A stretch of DNA of 57,405 nt, the filler included, from Thelocarpon superellum (taxonomy: Eukaryota): NCBI GenBank assembly GCA_026025795.1. It is 3 parts of 3 records of this genome, joined end to end, with 100 filler letters (N's around TTAATTAATTAA, not from the genome) between each part and the next. Parts side by side here need not be neighbours in the genome. Positions count along the whole stretch, not along the records: positions 38,405 to 57,405 come from JAPEUG010000352.1; 2 more parts are not named here. The stretch is one strand, 5' to 3'. The position numbers and the translations under genes are program-made. Below, piece after piece: positions 56,326 to 57,405 of this stretch. Numbering within the stretch: the stretch's first letter is position 1; every line of letters begins with the position of its first letter. The notes under the pieces are model-generated. The model was not told where the DNA came from. It was given only the letters and a program-made list of their open reading frames with translations, and made no database searches.

Positions 56326-57405
56326 TCAGTCATCGCCGTCGTCGCTTCCGCCAGCATTGCTACCGCTGATGCTGCCGCCCGGTTGGATGTTGCCGCTGCC
56401 GGTGCCACTCGTACTCTTCCCGTTGTTCGCAGTGCTCGTGCTGTTACCACTGCCACTGCCGTCGCCGTCGTCGGGACCATCGTCGCCGTCGCGGTCGGGT
56501 GGATCATCCTGTGGCAAATTGGCCGGACTGCCGGGATAGGTGACCTCGGGATAATTGGTCGGGTCGGGTCCTTGCAGGATGGATGCAGTCTGGTTGGTAA
56601 GAGCAAAGTGGAAGAAACTCGTCATATAGGCTTGCACAATGGCCCGGACGCGGATGCCACTCAGCGGGCCCGATTCTGCCACGGCAGACTCGCTCACGTT
56701 GTTCCCGTTCAGCGTCGTCACCAATAGCGGCGTGTCACTGAGGCTCATGTGCTGTGAGGGTAGCAAGCGGACCAGTAGCTTCCAGCCGCGGAGGATGGGC
56801 CATTCCGCCGTCCACAGCTGCTTGGTGTTGAGATCTGTGCCATTCGAGGCAAAGATCATGACGGGCCCATTGAGCCCCGTCTGGGTGACGGGACCGAGGA
56901 ACTCTCCATCGAGGTTGAAGCAGCCGACGAAGCGACTGTCCAGCATCATGGCCGCCGCCGCCGCCGCGCCACCCAGCGAGTGCCCGGCCGCGAGTGCCCG
57001 GCTGGTGTCGAGTCCGAGCCCCGCCTCCGCGCCCTGCGCGCTCGAATGCGAGCTTGAGGCCGCACCTGCGCCCGAGCTCGACGGCCTGCCCAGCTGAAAG
57101 GTGCCATTTCCGAGTTGGTTCAGGGTGAAGATCATGTCTTGAGCTCGCACCTCGGTGTCGAGAATGATCTGACTCGTATTGCCCGGCTGGTCCACGTTCA
57201 CGCCGGTGACGGTACTGCCGTCCGGGAACTCTACGAGGCTGGCGTCATACGGATGGTCCACGACGGCGACAATATAGCCCGCGCCCGCGATTGACTCGGC
57301 CATGCCATTGTAGAAGAAGCGCGAGGTGGCGAGCGCCGGTGAGAGCAGCACAACCGGCGCTCCTGTCGCGAGGGGAGAATCGGTGGACATGTTACACACG
57401 GGCAT
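56326..57405 (-). CDS. PAF-acetylhydrolase-like alpha/beta hydrolase (5' partial)
   Basis: VLLSPALA, AVVDHPYDA..VEFPDG, nucleophile GHSLGG, NLDG and catalytic-His region QHMSLSD. Confidence 0.85.
   Translation of the reverse strand: MPVCNMSTDSPLATGAPVVLLSPALATSRFFYNGMAESIAGAGYIVAVVDHPYDASLVEFPDGSTVTGVNVDQPGNTSQIILDTEVRAQDMIFTLNQLGNGTFQLGRPSSSGAGAASSSHSSAQGAEAGLGLDTSRALAAGHSLGGAAAAAAMMLDSRFVGCFNLDGEFLGPVTQTGLNGPVMIFASNGTDLNTKQLWTAEWPILRGWKLLVRLLPSQHMSLSDTPLLVTTLNGNNVSESAVAESGPLSGIRVRAIVQAYMTSFFHFALTNQTASILQGPDPTNYPEVTYPGSPANLPQDDPPDRDGDDGPDDGDGSGSGNSTSTANNGKSTSGTGSGNIQPGGSISGSNAGGSDDGDD

Overview
GC-rich, intron-containing eukaryotic DNA from a filamentous ascomycete (Pezizomycotina-type genes; short GT-AG introns with CTRAC branch sites). 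Two 100-bp N/TTAATTAATTAA assembly spacers split the window, so linkage across them is unproven. About 20 protein genes can be supported. They are a Leptosphaeria-rhodopsin-like opsin, a ZIP zinc transporter, a secreted Asn/Pro-rich orphan, an RDH-like SDR, a head-to-head ACSF3-like acyl-CoA synthetase/BolA pair, RPS2, a large secreted Ser/Thr/Cys-rich protein, a PGAP4-like glycosyltransferase, PEX1, MCM7, mS29/RSM23, an MFS transporter, a Pex14/17-like gene, IES2, SEC17, a spliced 66-aa membrane microprotein, MMS22, a DUF4050 protein, a DUF726 protein and a partial PAF-acetylhydrolase-like gene. Most of this is conserved housekeeping sequence. I found no convincing novel multi-gene system, RNA gene or intact mobile element. 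The most interesting signals are the apparently RIP-damaged Cys-rich 3' end of the Ser/Thr-rich gene, the hidden microprotein, a Pex14/17 lacking its N-terminal domain, and the divergent opsin/zinc-transporter promoter with candidate light- and zinc-responsive motifs. All family calls come from recognised motifs, not database searches.
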